Of a stretch of 64,000 nucleotides of DNA, positions 9,253 to 17,341 are shown piece by piece. The DNA lies in the NCBI GenBank assembly GCA_041662325.1, contig JBAZSU010000006.1, positions 183,161 to 247,160 on the forward strand. The letters are read 5' to 3'. The position numbers were made by a program, and so were the translations under genes. How positions within the stretch are numbered: position 1 is the first letter of the stretch; each line of letters begins with the position of its first letter. The notes beneath the pieces are model-generated. The model saw only the letters and a program-made list of their open reading frames with translations. It was not told where the DNA came from and made no database searches. This DNA is from Sulfurimonas sp. GTDB taxonomy: Bacteria > Campylobacterota > Campylobacteria > Campylobacterales > Sulfurimonadaceae.

Positions 9253-10443
9253 ATGAAAAGCAATAGTTCGGAAATTTATATAAAAAATAAAAGGCATACA
9301 ATCATGACCATCTTTATTACAAATGTTGCTCAATCAACCACTATTGTTATTATTGTTTTGCTGGCGATTTTTTTTCTTAGCTTGCGCAAGACAGAGCATA
9401 GCAATTTGTTTCCAATTAGAGTGACACAGGAGCTAAAGGGCTTTGGCATTTTAAGTGTTGTCTTTGCACATATCGCTTATGTGCTAGTGAGTGACAGCCA
9501 GTTTCTTTATCCGCTTTCAATTGCGGCCGGAACAGGAGTGGATTTATTTCTTTTTATGTCCGGCTTTGGGCTGACAGTAGGAATGATGAAAAAAACATTA
9601 CCTGCCGCAGAATTTTATAAACGCCGCCTGATTAAGGTATTTATTCCGTTTTGGATAGTGTTGCTTCTACTTTTTATTGCGGATGCAGGTTTGTTACATA
9701 TCAATTATTCACTTCCCTATATGGCTCAATCGATGATTGGCTTGTTCCCTCATGCCAATGCAGAAACAGATGTTAACTCCCCCTTTTGGTATATCACTTG
9801 GATGTTAATGTTTTATATGCTCTTTCCATTGTTGTTTAATCCACGGCGACCTTGGATAGCAGCAATTATACTTGCGGTTATCGCCAATTCTATCGCGATA
9901 TTTAATCCTTTTAACCTGCAAGCTAACTGGCTACACAGTCTGCACACCTTTGCTTTTTCTCTAGGCATACTATTGGCCTGGTTCTTGAGCGATAGAAAAA
10001 ACTTGACAGAGAAACTGGAGTTGTTTCGTAGTGAATCAACTCTCCTGCGCTATGCAATCATTGTCTCAATGCTCATTTTGGCTGCCTACATGGTCTCACA
10101 TGCTACTCCAGACAATTGGCCTTGGCTTTCAACGCTAGTCGAAACGCTTAATATCAGCAGTCGTACTTTTATTAATCAAGGCAGTAATTTATTAGTGATG
10201 TTCGCTCTGATTATCGCCTTTTCCCTGAAAAAACTAGACAATAAGTTTCTCTACATATTTGGAGTTTACTCTTACGAAATCTATCTGGTGCATTGGCCGC
10301 TCATGGCGCGTTATGATCTTTTCCTCCATACACTCCCTGCATGGCTGGCATTGTTTCTATGGTTGCTATCATTTATCGTTATCGGCTGGCTGTTACAAAA
10401 AATCACAACGCCTCTGGGTGCTTGGGTAGATAGCAGATCGTAA
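9253..10443 (+). CDS. Integral-membrane acyltransferase (acyltransferase_3 family)
   Basis: 396 aa with about 10 hydrophobic helices. N-terminal region L.GFGILSVVFAHI and overall topology fit the OafA/NolL-type family. The true start may be the internal Met (MTIFIT..). Confidence 0.75.
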   Translation: MKSNSSEIYIKNKRHTIMTIFITNVAQSTTIVIIVLLAIFFLSLRKTEHSNLFPIRVTQELKGFGILSVVFAHIAYVLVSDSQFLYPLSIAAGTGVDLFLFMSGFGLTVGMMKKTLPAAEFYKRRLIKVFIPFWIVLLLLFIADAGLLHINYSLPYMAQSMIGLFPHANAETDVNSPFWYITWMLMFYMLFPLLFNPRRPWIAAIILAVIANSIAIFNPFNLQANWLHSLHTFAFSLGILLAWFLSDRKNLTEKLELFRSESTLLRYAIIVSMLILAAYMVSHATPDNWPWLSTLVETLNISSRTFINQGSNLLVMFALIIAFSLKKLDNKFLYIFGVYSYEIYLVHWPLMARYDLFLHTLPAWLALFLWLLSFIVIGWLLQKITTPLGAWVDSRS

Positions 10444-10486
10444 AGCTGTGGTCATAACACTTTTTATTTGAAATCATTTGTGAGAG

Positions 10487-12229
10487 TTAGAAACTAATTC
10501 TATTTCGTCCACTATTTTTTGAAGTATATAATAGGTTATCAACTCTTTTGAATATTTCATTTATATTTTCAGCAGGCTCAATCTCAACTATGCCCATGCT
10601 TATCGTAACCTTGCCAACTGCTTCAAAAGAGTGTTCCTCTACTTTCTTTCTTAGTCTTTGGGCATACTCCTTGGCATGGACAAGCATAGTATTTGGCAAT
10701 ATAATTAAAAACTCCTCCCCACCGTATCGTCCAACAATATCCACCTCCCGTAAATTCTCCATGACAAAAGTAGAGAGTGAAAACAATACAGTATCACCAA
10801 CATCATGTCCATAGGTATCATTCACATTTTTGAAAAAATCAATATCATACATTATGAGGGAGAGAGGGGTTTTATATCTGTTTGAACGGCTTATCTCGGA
10901 TGAAAGAATCTTCATAATAAAGTAGCGGTTATGCATGGATGTAAGAGCATCCGTTGTAGCTAACTTTTCAAAGTTATCTTTGATTTTATTAAGCTCGTCC
11001 GTTCTCTCTGCTACTTTCTGTTCTAATGATTGGTTTAACTCTACGAGTTGCTTAGTTTTATCGCTTATCTTCTCATTATATTTAAAAAAACTATTTTTAA
11101 CCATATTAGATACATAATAAGAGAAGATAAGTGCCAATAAAATAATAAACATGACGATATAAAAGATATATTGAGATTTTAAATTGTATGTTTTATACAT
11201 GCTCACCTCTTGTTTCATTAACATTTTTTCAATATCAGAGAGATAAAATCCACTTCCTATTATCCAATTACTATTAGGAATTTTCTGTATAAATGCATAT
11301 TTCTTATCCATTTTGTCACTCTCTTGGTTATACCAGTCATACACATAACCGATTTTATCTTTATCTTTGAGAGTATCTATTATGTTATGAAGAGTGTCGG
11401 TTACTAATTTATTCGTTATGTTTCTATCTTCACCAATAAATTGAGGTAAATATTTGTGAAGCAGAAGCTTCCCTTTTGTATTGAGTAAAAATACATAGTT
11501 TTTTCCGGTACTATCTACCGTATCAATGAGAGAAAACAACTCCCTATCCGTTTTTTTAGTTGCTGTGTCTAAGTACTCTGCAGAACCAAAATACCAGTTA
11601 TAGTGCCCAAAAGCTTTGACAAAAGCAACTTGTTCATATTGCTTATTTTTATCTTCATTTGGCTTAGTGAAAGTATCCCATATAAATCCCTCACCTTTTT
11701 CTTTGGCGATTGCGATCTCCTCTTGAATAACATGTCTTCCGGTGGAGTCTTGAAAGTTAATTATTGAAGTGCCCTCTAAATCCTTTAAGTATTTAGGGGT
11801 AAGATTAAATATCCCTTCATAATCTACAATCCATATAAAACTTTCGCCATCATTCCAAACAAAAGTCTTGAGTGTGGTCTTGATAATGTTTTTAATCTCT
11901 GCTTCTGATTTTGTCTCTTTATACTCATTATAGATATTTTCTGCCATAGTGTATGCTATTTCAACTCTATTTTTTACACGAGAGGTAAGCTCACTTTTTA
12001 TCTCTGCTTTTTTATGAATAATAATGTCTGTTAAATTAAGAACTTTATCCTCAACAGCTTTTTTTTCACTGTTTAATATATCTTTCCCCAAATTATTTAT
12101 GCTGGACTCAAAACTTTGCAGATACATCTGATAAGATAAAATTGTAACAACAAGAAAAAATAGAGGGATAACCACCAAAGGAGCGTATGTAATTAAATTT
12201 AAAAAAGTCTTTTCTTTGAACATGAACAA
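10487..12229 (-). CDS. Cache-sensor diguanylate cyclase (GGDEF)
   Basis: 580 aa: TM, a periplasmic Cache-like domain (..FIWI.DYEG.., ..WIIGSGFY..), a second TM, a coiled coil, then a GGDEF domain with an intact RYGGEEF active site. Confidence 0.85.
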   Translation of the reverse strand: MFMFKEKTFLNLITYAPLVVIPLFFLVVTILSYQMYLQSFESSINNLGKDILNSEKKAVEDKVLNLTDIIIHKKAEIKSELTSRVKNRVEIAYTMAENIYNEYKETKSEAEIKNIIKTTLKTFVWNDGESFIWIVDYEGIFNLTPKYLKDLEGTSIINFQDSTGRHVIQEEIAIAKEKGEGFIWDTFTKPNEDKNKQYEQVAFVKAFGHYNWYFGSAEYLDTATKKTDRELFSLIDTVDSTGKNYVFLLNTKGKLLLHKYLPQFIGEDRNITNKLVTDTLHNIIDTLKDKDKIGYVYDWYNQESDKMDKKYAFIQKIPNSNWIIGSGFYLSDIEKMLMKQEVSMYKTYNLKSQYIFYIVMFIILLALIFSYYVSNMVKNSFFKYNEKISDKTKQLVELNQSLEQKVAERTDELNKIKDNFEKLATTDALTSMHNRYFIMKILSSEISRSNRYKTPLSLIMYDIDFFKNVNDTYGHDVGDTVLFSLSTFVMENLREVDIVGRYGGEEFLIILPNTMLVHAKEYAQRLRKKVEEHSFEAVGKVTISMGIVEIEPAENINEIFKRVDNLLYTSKNSGRNRISF

Positions 12230-12398
12230 ACCTATTATAATATTTTAGTATCTGACAATATTATACATGATTGAGGTCTTCTTTTAGTCTCATTTAGAGT
12301 TCTGTATCAAAAGCAGTGTTGAAAAGCAGGAATGAGTCTTTATTTTAGTGATACTTTGAAGTTTAAGAGTTTGAAAGAGGCTTAAAAGCCCTCTATTG

Positions 12399-12474
12399 TG
12401 GTGGAGCATAGCGGGCTCGAACCGCTCACCTCTTCACTGCCAGCGAAGCGCTCTCCCAGATGAGCTAATGCCCC
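12399..12474 (-). tRNA. tRNA-Ala (anticodon GGC)
   Basis: The 76-nt cloverleaf was folded by hand: acceptor GGGGCAT/ATGCTCC with the G3:U70 alanine identity pair, D arm GCTC..GAGC, anticodon loop CTGGCAG, T arm AGCGG-TTCGAGC-CCGCT, encoded CCA. Confidence 0.9.
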
Positions 12475-12511
12475 AAAATATTTGGAGAAGAGATTTTACT
12501 ATTTTAATTTT

Positions 12512-13090
12512 TTAAATAAGCTTTAATGCCTCTTTATACTCATCAGGGCTGTTTACATTCAAAAACGGCTGCGCATCTTCAAAATGAACAAAGAGTGTAT
12601 TTGCATTTTTTAGCAAAATTCCAAGTTTATGGTTATTTGTCTCTAACATGTTAACAAATCCACTCTCTAGCGAACGATGGTAGATTCCACACATGGGCTC
12701 TATTCCATGAGATGAAGTTGCGATTGAAGCATCGACATTCGGGTTTACAGCGTCCTCTTCCAAGAGTTTAACGATTATCTTCTCGCTTATAAAAGGAGCA
12801 TCCACACTCAGTGCAAAGAAACTTTCATCTTGCAACTCTTTAAAAACAGCAACAAATCCTGCTGTTGGAGCAAAAACGGAGTCAGTTAAAGCGTCTTCAA
12901 TAAAATTTGCATCAAAGGCAAACTTATCTTTGCTTTTGCATGAGATATAGACTGTTTTGAAAATTTTACTAAGACGGGAGAGTTGGAATTGTGTGAGAGT
13001 TTCGAAGCCACCAAACGGAAGAAGAGATTTATCTTCCCCCATTCTGCTACTTTTGCCACCTGCAAAGATGACGCAAGGAGTTTCTATCAT
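12512..13090 (-). CDS. mobA: Molybdenum cofactor guanylyltransferase MobA
   Basis: 192 aa with the N-terminal nucleotide-binding motif [18 protein letters not shown] and MobA-like length. Confidence 0.8.
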   Translation of the reverse strand: MIETPCVIFAGGKSSRMGEDKSLLPFGGFETLTQFQLSRLSKIFKTVYISCKSKDKFAFDANFIEDALTDSVFAPTAGFVAVFKELQDESFFALSVDAPFISEKIIVKLLEEDAVNPNVDASIATSSHGIEPMCGIYHRSLESGFVNMLETNNHKLGILLKNANTLFVHFEDAQPFLNVNSPDEYKEALKLI

Positions 13091-13097
13091 TTAACTT

Positions 13098-14060
13098 TTA
13101 TTTAGTCTCTATAAGTTGCGCTTCAATTCTTCTATTTGCTGCACGACCATCTTTAGTTTTGTTTGAAGCTACAGGCTCTTTTTCACCCTTGCCTACTGCT
13201 CTAACTCTATCAGCTGCAACACCGTTTTTGATAATCATATCTTTTACGGCAGTTGCACGGTTAGCTGAAAGTACATCATTGTGAGCATCAGAACCAGTGC
13301 TATCTGTATGACCAATGATTTCTGCTTTATACTCTGGAGATTTTTTCAAGAAAGTTGAAAATTTCTCTACACGAGGAATTGACTCTTTTGCAATTTTTGC
13401 AGAATCAGTTTCAAAGTTAATATGTAAATTTACTTTTTCAGCTTTTACTTCAACTACTTTTTTAACAACCGGAGCAGGTGCTGGAGCTTTAACAACTACC
13501 GGAGCTGGTGTTGCTGCAACCGGCTTAGCTTTTTCTTGAGCGCCAAGTGCAATAGTTACACCGGCTAATACAGCAGTATCACTATCCCATCTTGTATGAT
13601 TTGGTTTTGCCATGTAAACAGCTTCAAGTTTTAAAGCTACTGCTTCAGTTAATGAAACTTTTGTGCTAGCACCGGCATCAAAAAAGATACCGTCTTTATT
13701 TTCAGAGTAGTGCTTACTCATAGTCTCATAACCAAGGCCGGCTTTTGTCGATGGAATAAACATTCCTATTTTATTATACTCATACACTCCATTTAAAGCT
13801 GTGCGGTATATTTCATTGTTTATAATACTTGGAACTATCTTCTCGCTAGCTGCGTTCGATTGAAGTACTGAAAGCTCAGGTTTAATCATAGTGTTGAAAC
13901 CATTATATTGAACTTCTGCGCCATATACTGCGTGATTTTCTATATTAGTATTACCTTCAGAAAAGTTATATCCTGCAACAGGACTAATCTCGAAGTCGTG
14001 TGTAGATGCCATAGCCAAAGTACCAAGCAAAACTGCTGATAAAACAATTGATTTTTTCAT
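13098..14060 (-). CDS. OmpA-family outer membrane protein
   Basis: 320 aa: signal peptide, N-terminal beta-barrel region, Pro/Ala/Val-rich linker (PVAATPAPVVVKAPAPAPVV), and a C-terminal OmpA peptidoglycan-binding domain (GHTDS.GS..HN..LS..RA.. NRRIE). Confidence 0.85.
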   Translation of the reverse strand: MKKSIVLSAVLLGTLAMASTHDFEISPVAGYNFSEGNTNIENHAVYGAEVQYNGFNTMIKPELSVLQSNAASEKIVPSIINNEIYRTALNGVYEYNKIGMFIPSTKAGLGYETMSKHYSENKDGIFFDAGASTKVSLTEAVALKLEAVYMAKPNHTRWDSDTAVLAGVTIALGAQEKAKPVAATPAPVVVKAPAPAPVVKKVVEVKAEKVNLHINFETDSAKIAKESIPRVEKFSTFLKKSPEYKAEIIGHTDSTGSDAHNDVLSANRATAVKDMIIKNGVAADRVRAVGKGEKEPVASNKTKDGRAANRRIEAQLIETK

Positions 14061-14123
14061 TTTGTTCCTTTATTTAAAAATATTGGTGGAATTATAGCAA
14101 GAATTCCTTCAATTATATGATAA

Positions 14124-15383
14124 TTATCTAGGGTCTGTAATGTATCCCGTTATTGCAGAGATAGCTGCTACCGCCGAATTTGCCAAATATACTTTAGAAC
14201 TTCTGCTCCCCATACGACCTACAAAGTTACGGTTTGTGGTAGAGACTGCTACTTCGTTATCCCCTAAAATTCCCATATATCCTCCGAGACAGGCTCCACA
14301 TGTAGGATTACTCACTACTCCTCCTGCATCCACAATAATGTCAATGTACCCAAGTTTGTTTGCTTCTCTAAGAATCATCTGTGTACCCGGAGTAACGATT
14401 AAGCGAACATCCTGATGCACTCTTTTGCCTTTTAGAATCTCCGCGGCAACTTTCAAATCGCTCAGTCTTCCGTTAGTACAGCTTCCTATAAATGCCTGAT
14501 CTATTTTGATATGGTCAATTTGTGCCTGCACAACGCTATGTCCGTTGGACGGCAAGAATGGATAGGCGATAACAGGGTCAAGTTTCGCAACATCTATTTT
14601 CAAAACCATATCATACTTTGCATCTGCGTCAGAGTAGTGAATTTTTGGCTTTCTTGCCAAATTTTTATCACTCAAAAACTCTTTTGTAGTTTCATCATAA
14701 GCAACTATTCCACTTTTTGCACCTGCTTCTATCGCCATGTTACACATAGAAAATCTATCGTCCATTGTTAAATATTCAATTGTGCTTCCGGTGAACTCTA
14801 AAGTTTTATACAGAGCTCCATCAACACCGATCATACGGATAATTTCCAAGATAATATCTTTTCCGGTTGTATATTTACCGGGCTTTCCGCTCAGATTAAC
14901 CTTGATAGACTCTGGAACTTTAAACCAGTTTCCACCTGTCACCATGGCAAATGCTAAGTCAGTTGAACCCATACCGGTTGAGAACGCCCCTAATGCTCCG
15001 TGTGTGCATGTGTGGCTGTCCGCACCGATGATTACATCTCCCGGAACAACAAGTCCTTTCTCAGGTAAAAGAGCATGTTCGATCCCCATATCCTTCTCAT
15101 CAAAAAAGTTTTTGAGATTATATTTTTTAGCAAAATCACGGCTGATTCTAGCCTGATTTGCAGAGGCTATATCTTTTGCTGGGATAAAGTGGTCAAGAAC
15201 TATAGAAAAACCGTCCGGATTTGCAAGGGCAGTGGCACCGCTCTCTTCGAATGCATGGATAGAAATCGGCGTTGTAATATCATTACCGATAACCATGTCA
15301 ATATGTGAGCGGATAATTTCACCGGCATACACTTTTTTTCCAACATGCTCGGAAAATATTTTTTCAGTTATAGTTTGTCCCAT
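14124..15383 (-). CDS. leuC: 3-isopropylmalate dehydratase large subunit
   Basis: 419 aa aconitase-family protein (IGADSHTCTHGALGAF, FIGSCTNGR, PTCGACLG Fe-S ligand motifs). The length fits the short LeuC type. Confidence 0.9.
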   Translation of the reverse strand: MGQTITEKIFSEHVGKKVYAGEIIRSHIDMVIGNDITTPISIHAFEESGATALANPDGFSIVLDHFIPAKDIASANQARISRDFAKKYNLKNFFDEKDMGIEHALLPEKGLVVPGDVIIGADSHTCTHGALGAFSTGMGSTDLAFAMVTGGNWFKVPESIKVNLSGKPGKYTTGKDIILEIIRMIGVDGALYKTLEFTGSTIEYLTMDDRFSMCNMAIEAGAKSGIVAYDETTKEFLSDKNLARKPKIHYSDADAKYDMVLKIDVAKLDPVIAYPFLPSNGHSVVQAQIDHIKIDQAFIGSCTNGRLSDLKVAAEILKGKRVHQDVRLIVTPGTQMILREANKLGYIDIIVDAGGVVSNPTCGACLGGYMGILGDNEVAVSTTNRNFVGRMGSRSSKVYLANSAVAAISAITGYITDPR

Positions 15384-15563
15384 AGGTTAAATTCCTTAAT
15401 TTTATTTTGCTAAAGCCGTGGAGGCTACAAAGCTTGATACTTGCGTGTCAGAGTTTTTTTGATTTTTGATTCTGGAATTATACCATTCTGGAGTTAAGAG
15501 TAAAATAATTTTAAAATGATAATATTTCTCAAAATAATGACTTGAAAGAGATAAATAAAAAAA

Positions 15564-16259
15564 ATGCAAAATAGCTACAAAAGAATCGATGCCCACCTCT
15601 CCAGCTTAGGCTACTGCACGAGAAGCGAATCCAAAAAGTTTTTAAATAAATTTAGAGTTTCTATTGACGGCGTTAGGGTTTTTGATGCGACAAAAAAAGC
15701 GTATCATAGTGATATAAGGGTAGATGATGAGCCGCTTGACCCAGAGAGTTTACTGATTCTTATGAATAAACCAAGTGGCGTAATCTGTTCACATGAGGAT
15801 GCCGGAGTGCTAATTTACTCGCTTTTGCCCCAAAGGTGGCAGAGGAGGAGTTCAAAAATTTCTACAATCGGCAGGCTCGACATGGACACGACCGGTGCCA
15901 TATTGCTTACGGATGATGGTGCGTTAAACCACAAGCTTACAAGTCCAAAGAGCGAAATCTTTAAAATATATGAAGCTACTCTTGCACAACCACTGAGGGG
16001 GGATGAAGCAGAGATATTTTTAAGCGGTACGCTCATGTTGAACGGGGAGAAAAAACCGCTTCTGCCTGCCAAAATGGAGATTATAAATCCGACACTCATA
16101 CGACTTGAAATTTGCGAAGGAAGATACCATCAGGTCAAAAGGATGTTTGGAGCGGTTGGAAACAAAGTTTTAAAGCTTCATCGTCTCAATTTTGGAGCGT
16201 TCAGCGTTGAAGATTTGAATCCCTCAGAGTACAGAATTATCAATTATTCTATAGATTAA
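15564..16259 (+). CDS. RsuA-family pseudouridine synthase
   Basis: 231 aa with an N-terminal S4-like segment and the catalytic motif GRLD.DTTG, plus the C-terminal EGRYHQVKRMF signature. Confidence 0.85.
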   Translation: MQNSYKRIDAHLSSLGYCTRSESKKFLNKFRVSIDGVRVFDATKKAYHSDIRVDDEPLDPESLLILMNKPSGVICSHEDAGVLIYSLLPQRWQRRSSKISTIGRLDMDTTGAILLTDDGALNHKLTSPKSEIFKIYEATLAQPLRGDEAEIFLSGTLMLNGEKKPLLPAKMEIINPTLIRLEICEGRYHQVKRMFGAVGNKVLKLHRLNFGAFSVEDLNPSEYRIINYSID

Positions 16260-16263
16260 AACA

Positions 16264-16357
16264 CACTAAAACGAATGAGTCCGTTTTAGTGGCAAGGATT
16301 AAAGTCCCTACAACCCCCTAAAGCTACGAAAAACTCTGTTTTTCGAGAATTACAAGG
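16264..16357 (+). repeat. Copy A of a ~94-nt three-hairpin intergenic element
   Basis: It starts 5 nt after the rsuA-like stop. Hairpins: cactaaaacg/cgttttagtg (10 bp), a gga..tcc central stem, and cgaaaaac/gtttttcg (8 bp). Near-identical copy B is at 42448..42542. Confidence 0.8.
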
Positions 16358-16358
16358 T

Positions 16359-16399
16359 ATTTTTCACACTTTTATAAAAAGTGCGCAGGGTCAGTTATT
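16359..16399 (+). repeat. Copy 2 of the ~41-nt AT-rich palindromic element
   Basis: atttttcacacttttataaaaagtgcgcagggtcagttatt, with palindromic core cacactttt-at-aaaagtgcg. It abuts three-hairpin copy A and overlaps the stop codon of the cheY-like gene. Confidence 0.7.
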
Positions 16400-16811
16400 C
16401 ATCCAAATCATCCATAAGGTCATCATCAGACTCGCCTATCTCTTTATTGTACTCTTTATATATAGTTCCAATTGATTTAGCAAGTTTTTCTTCACTTACT
16501 GGCTTTAAGATATACCCTTTTGCACCGGCTTTAAGTGAAGAAACAATCATCTCTTCCTGCCCATGGGAAGTTACCATAATAACATTTACATCTTTGTCAA
16601 ACACTCTTATATTTTTTACAGCCGTTATACCATCCATATCCGGCATCGTTATATCCATGGTAATAAGGTCTGGCTTGAGTTTTCTGCAAGATTCTATTGC
16701 CTGTGCACCGTTTTGAGCTTCACCGACAACATTATGTCCGAGAGAAGTAATATATTTTTTTACATTCTTTCTAATGATTAGAGAATCATCAACAATTAAA
16801 ACATTTAGCAT
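16395..16811 (-). CDS. Single-domain CheY-like response regulator
   Basis: 138 aa receiver domain (VLIVDDS, ITMDITMPDMDG, VIMVTS, GYILKP) with a short acidic tail. One nt separates it from the upstream cheX-like gene. Confidence 0.85.
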   Translation of the reverse strand: MLNVLIVDDSLIIRKNVKKYITSLGHNVVGEAQNGAQAIESCRKLKPDLITMDITMPDMDGITAVKNIRVFDKDVNVIMVTSHGQEEMIVSSLKAGAKGYILKPVSEEKLAKSIGTIYKEYNKEIGESDDDLMDDLDE

Positions 16812-16812
16812 T

Positions 16813-17340
16813 CTATAGTTCCTTGAAGTTTAATGCATCAGCAAAAGATTCTTTTGGTCCGATAACGGTTAAAAGCATGTCGCCGAATTCTGTGGTTACA
16901 ATTGCGGTCGCAATTCTAGAGCTTTTGTGTTTAAAAAGAGATTTTGCTTCATATATTAAAATAGGAGGTGTTATTGTCAGCGTTGTGCCATCTAGCGGGT
17001 TAGTTAAGGCATTTCCCACTACTGTATTTACAATTTCAGAAGAGACACTCTCTCTGATTTCATCCAATTCATCTTCACCGGCTTCCTCGCCCTCTAAAAA
17101 TGCCTCTACCAATTTTTCAAGCAGTTGGTCGTCATAACTCATAGTAATAATAACTTGAATACTTCCGCCTGTGCCAATCATTGCAGTATTTTTTTTGAGC
17201 TCAACCTGATTTGGACAAACAACCTCTGCGCTATTAGAAGTTACTTTTATCTGCATGTCATCCGTTAAAAAGCTAACAGCTCTCTCTAGCATCGGCAATA
17301 GAATCTCTGTTTCTATCTCGCCGGCTTTTTTCTCTTTCAT
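16813..17340 (-). CDS. CheX/CheC-like chemotaxis phosphatase
   Basis: 175 aa. The pattern ..SEIVNTVVGNALTNP.. and ..ITPPILI.. resembles CheX family proteins. It lies between the kinase and cheY-like genes with 1-nt spacers. Confidence 0.6.
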   Translation of the reverse strand: MKEKKAGEIETEILLPMLERAVSFLTDDMQIKVTSNSAEVVCPNQVELKKNTAMIGTGGSIQVIITMSYDDQLLEKLVEAFLEGEEAGEDELDEIRESVSSEIVNTVVGNALTNPLDGTTLTITPPILIYEAKSLFKHKSSRIATAIVTTEFGDMLLTVIGPKESFADALNFKEL

Positions 17341-17341
17341 A

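Noticed and set aside
12059-12066. T8 homopolymer, and similar A/T runs elsewhere, as phase-variation tracts
   Set aside because: They encode ordinary Lys-rich stretches in AT-rich genes. No long G/C tracts of the Campylobacter or Helicobacter contingency type were found. The only frameshift seen at a homopolymer is in the RhuM-like pseudogene.
12230-12511. tRNA-Ala as a possible integration hotspot for an island
   Set aside because: No integrase, direct repeat of the tRNA 3' end, or foreign-looking genes flank it. Neighbours are a GGDEF gene and mobA.
15402-15596. 64-aa ORF in the leuC / rsuA-like divergent spacer
   Set aside because: It has AT-rich low-complexity translation, overlaps the rsuA-like start, and has no RBS or motif. 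A leucine leader or T-box was also looked for and not seen.
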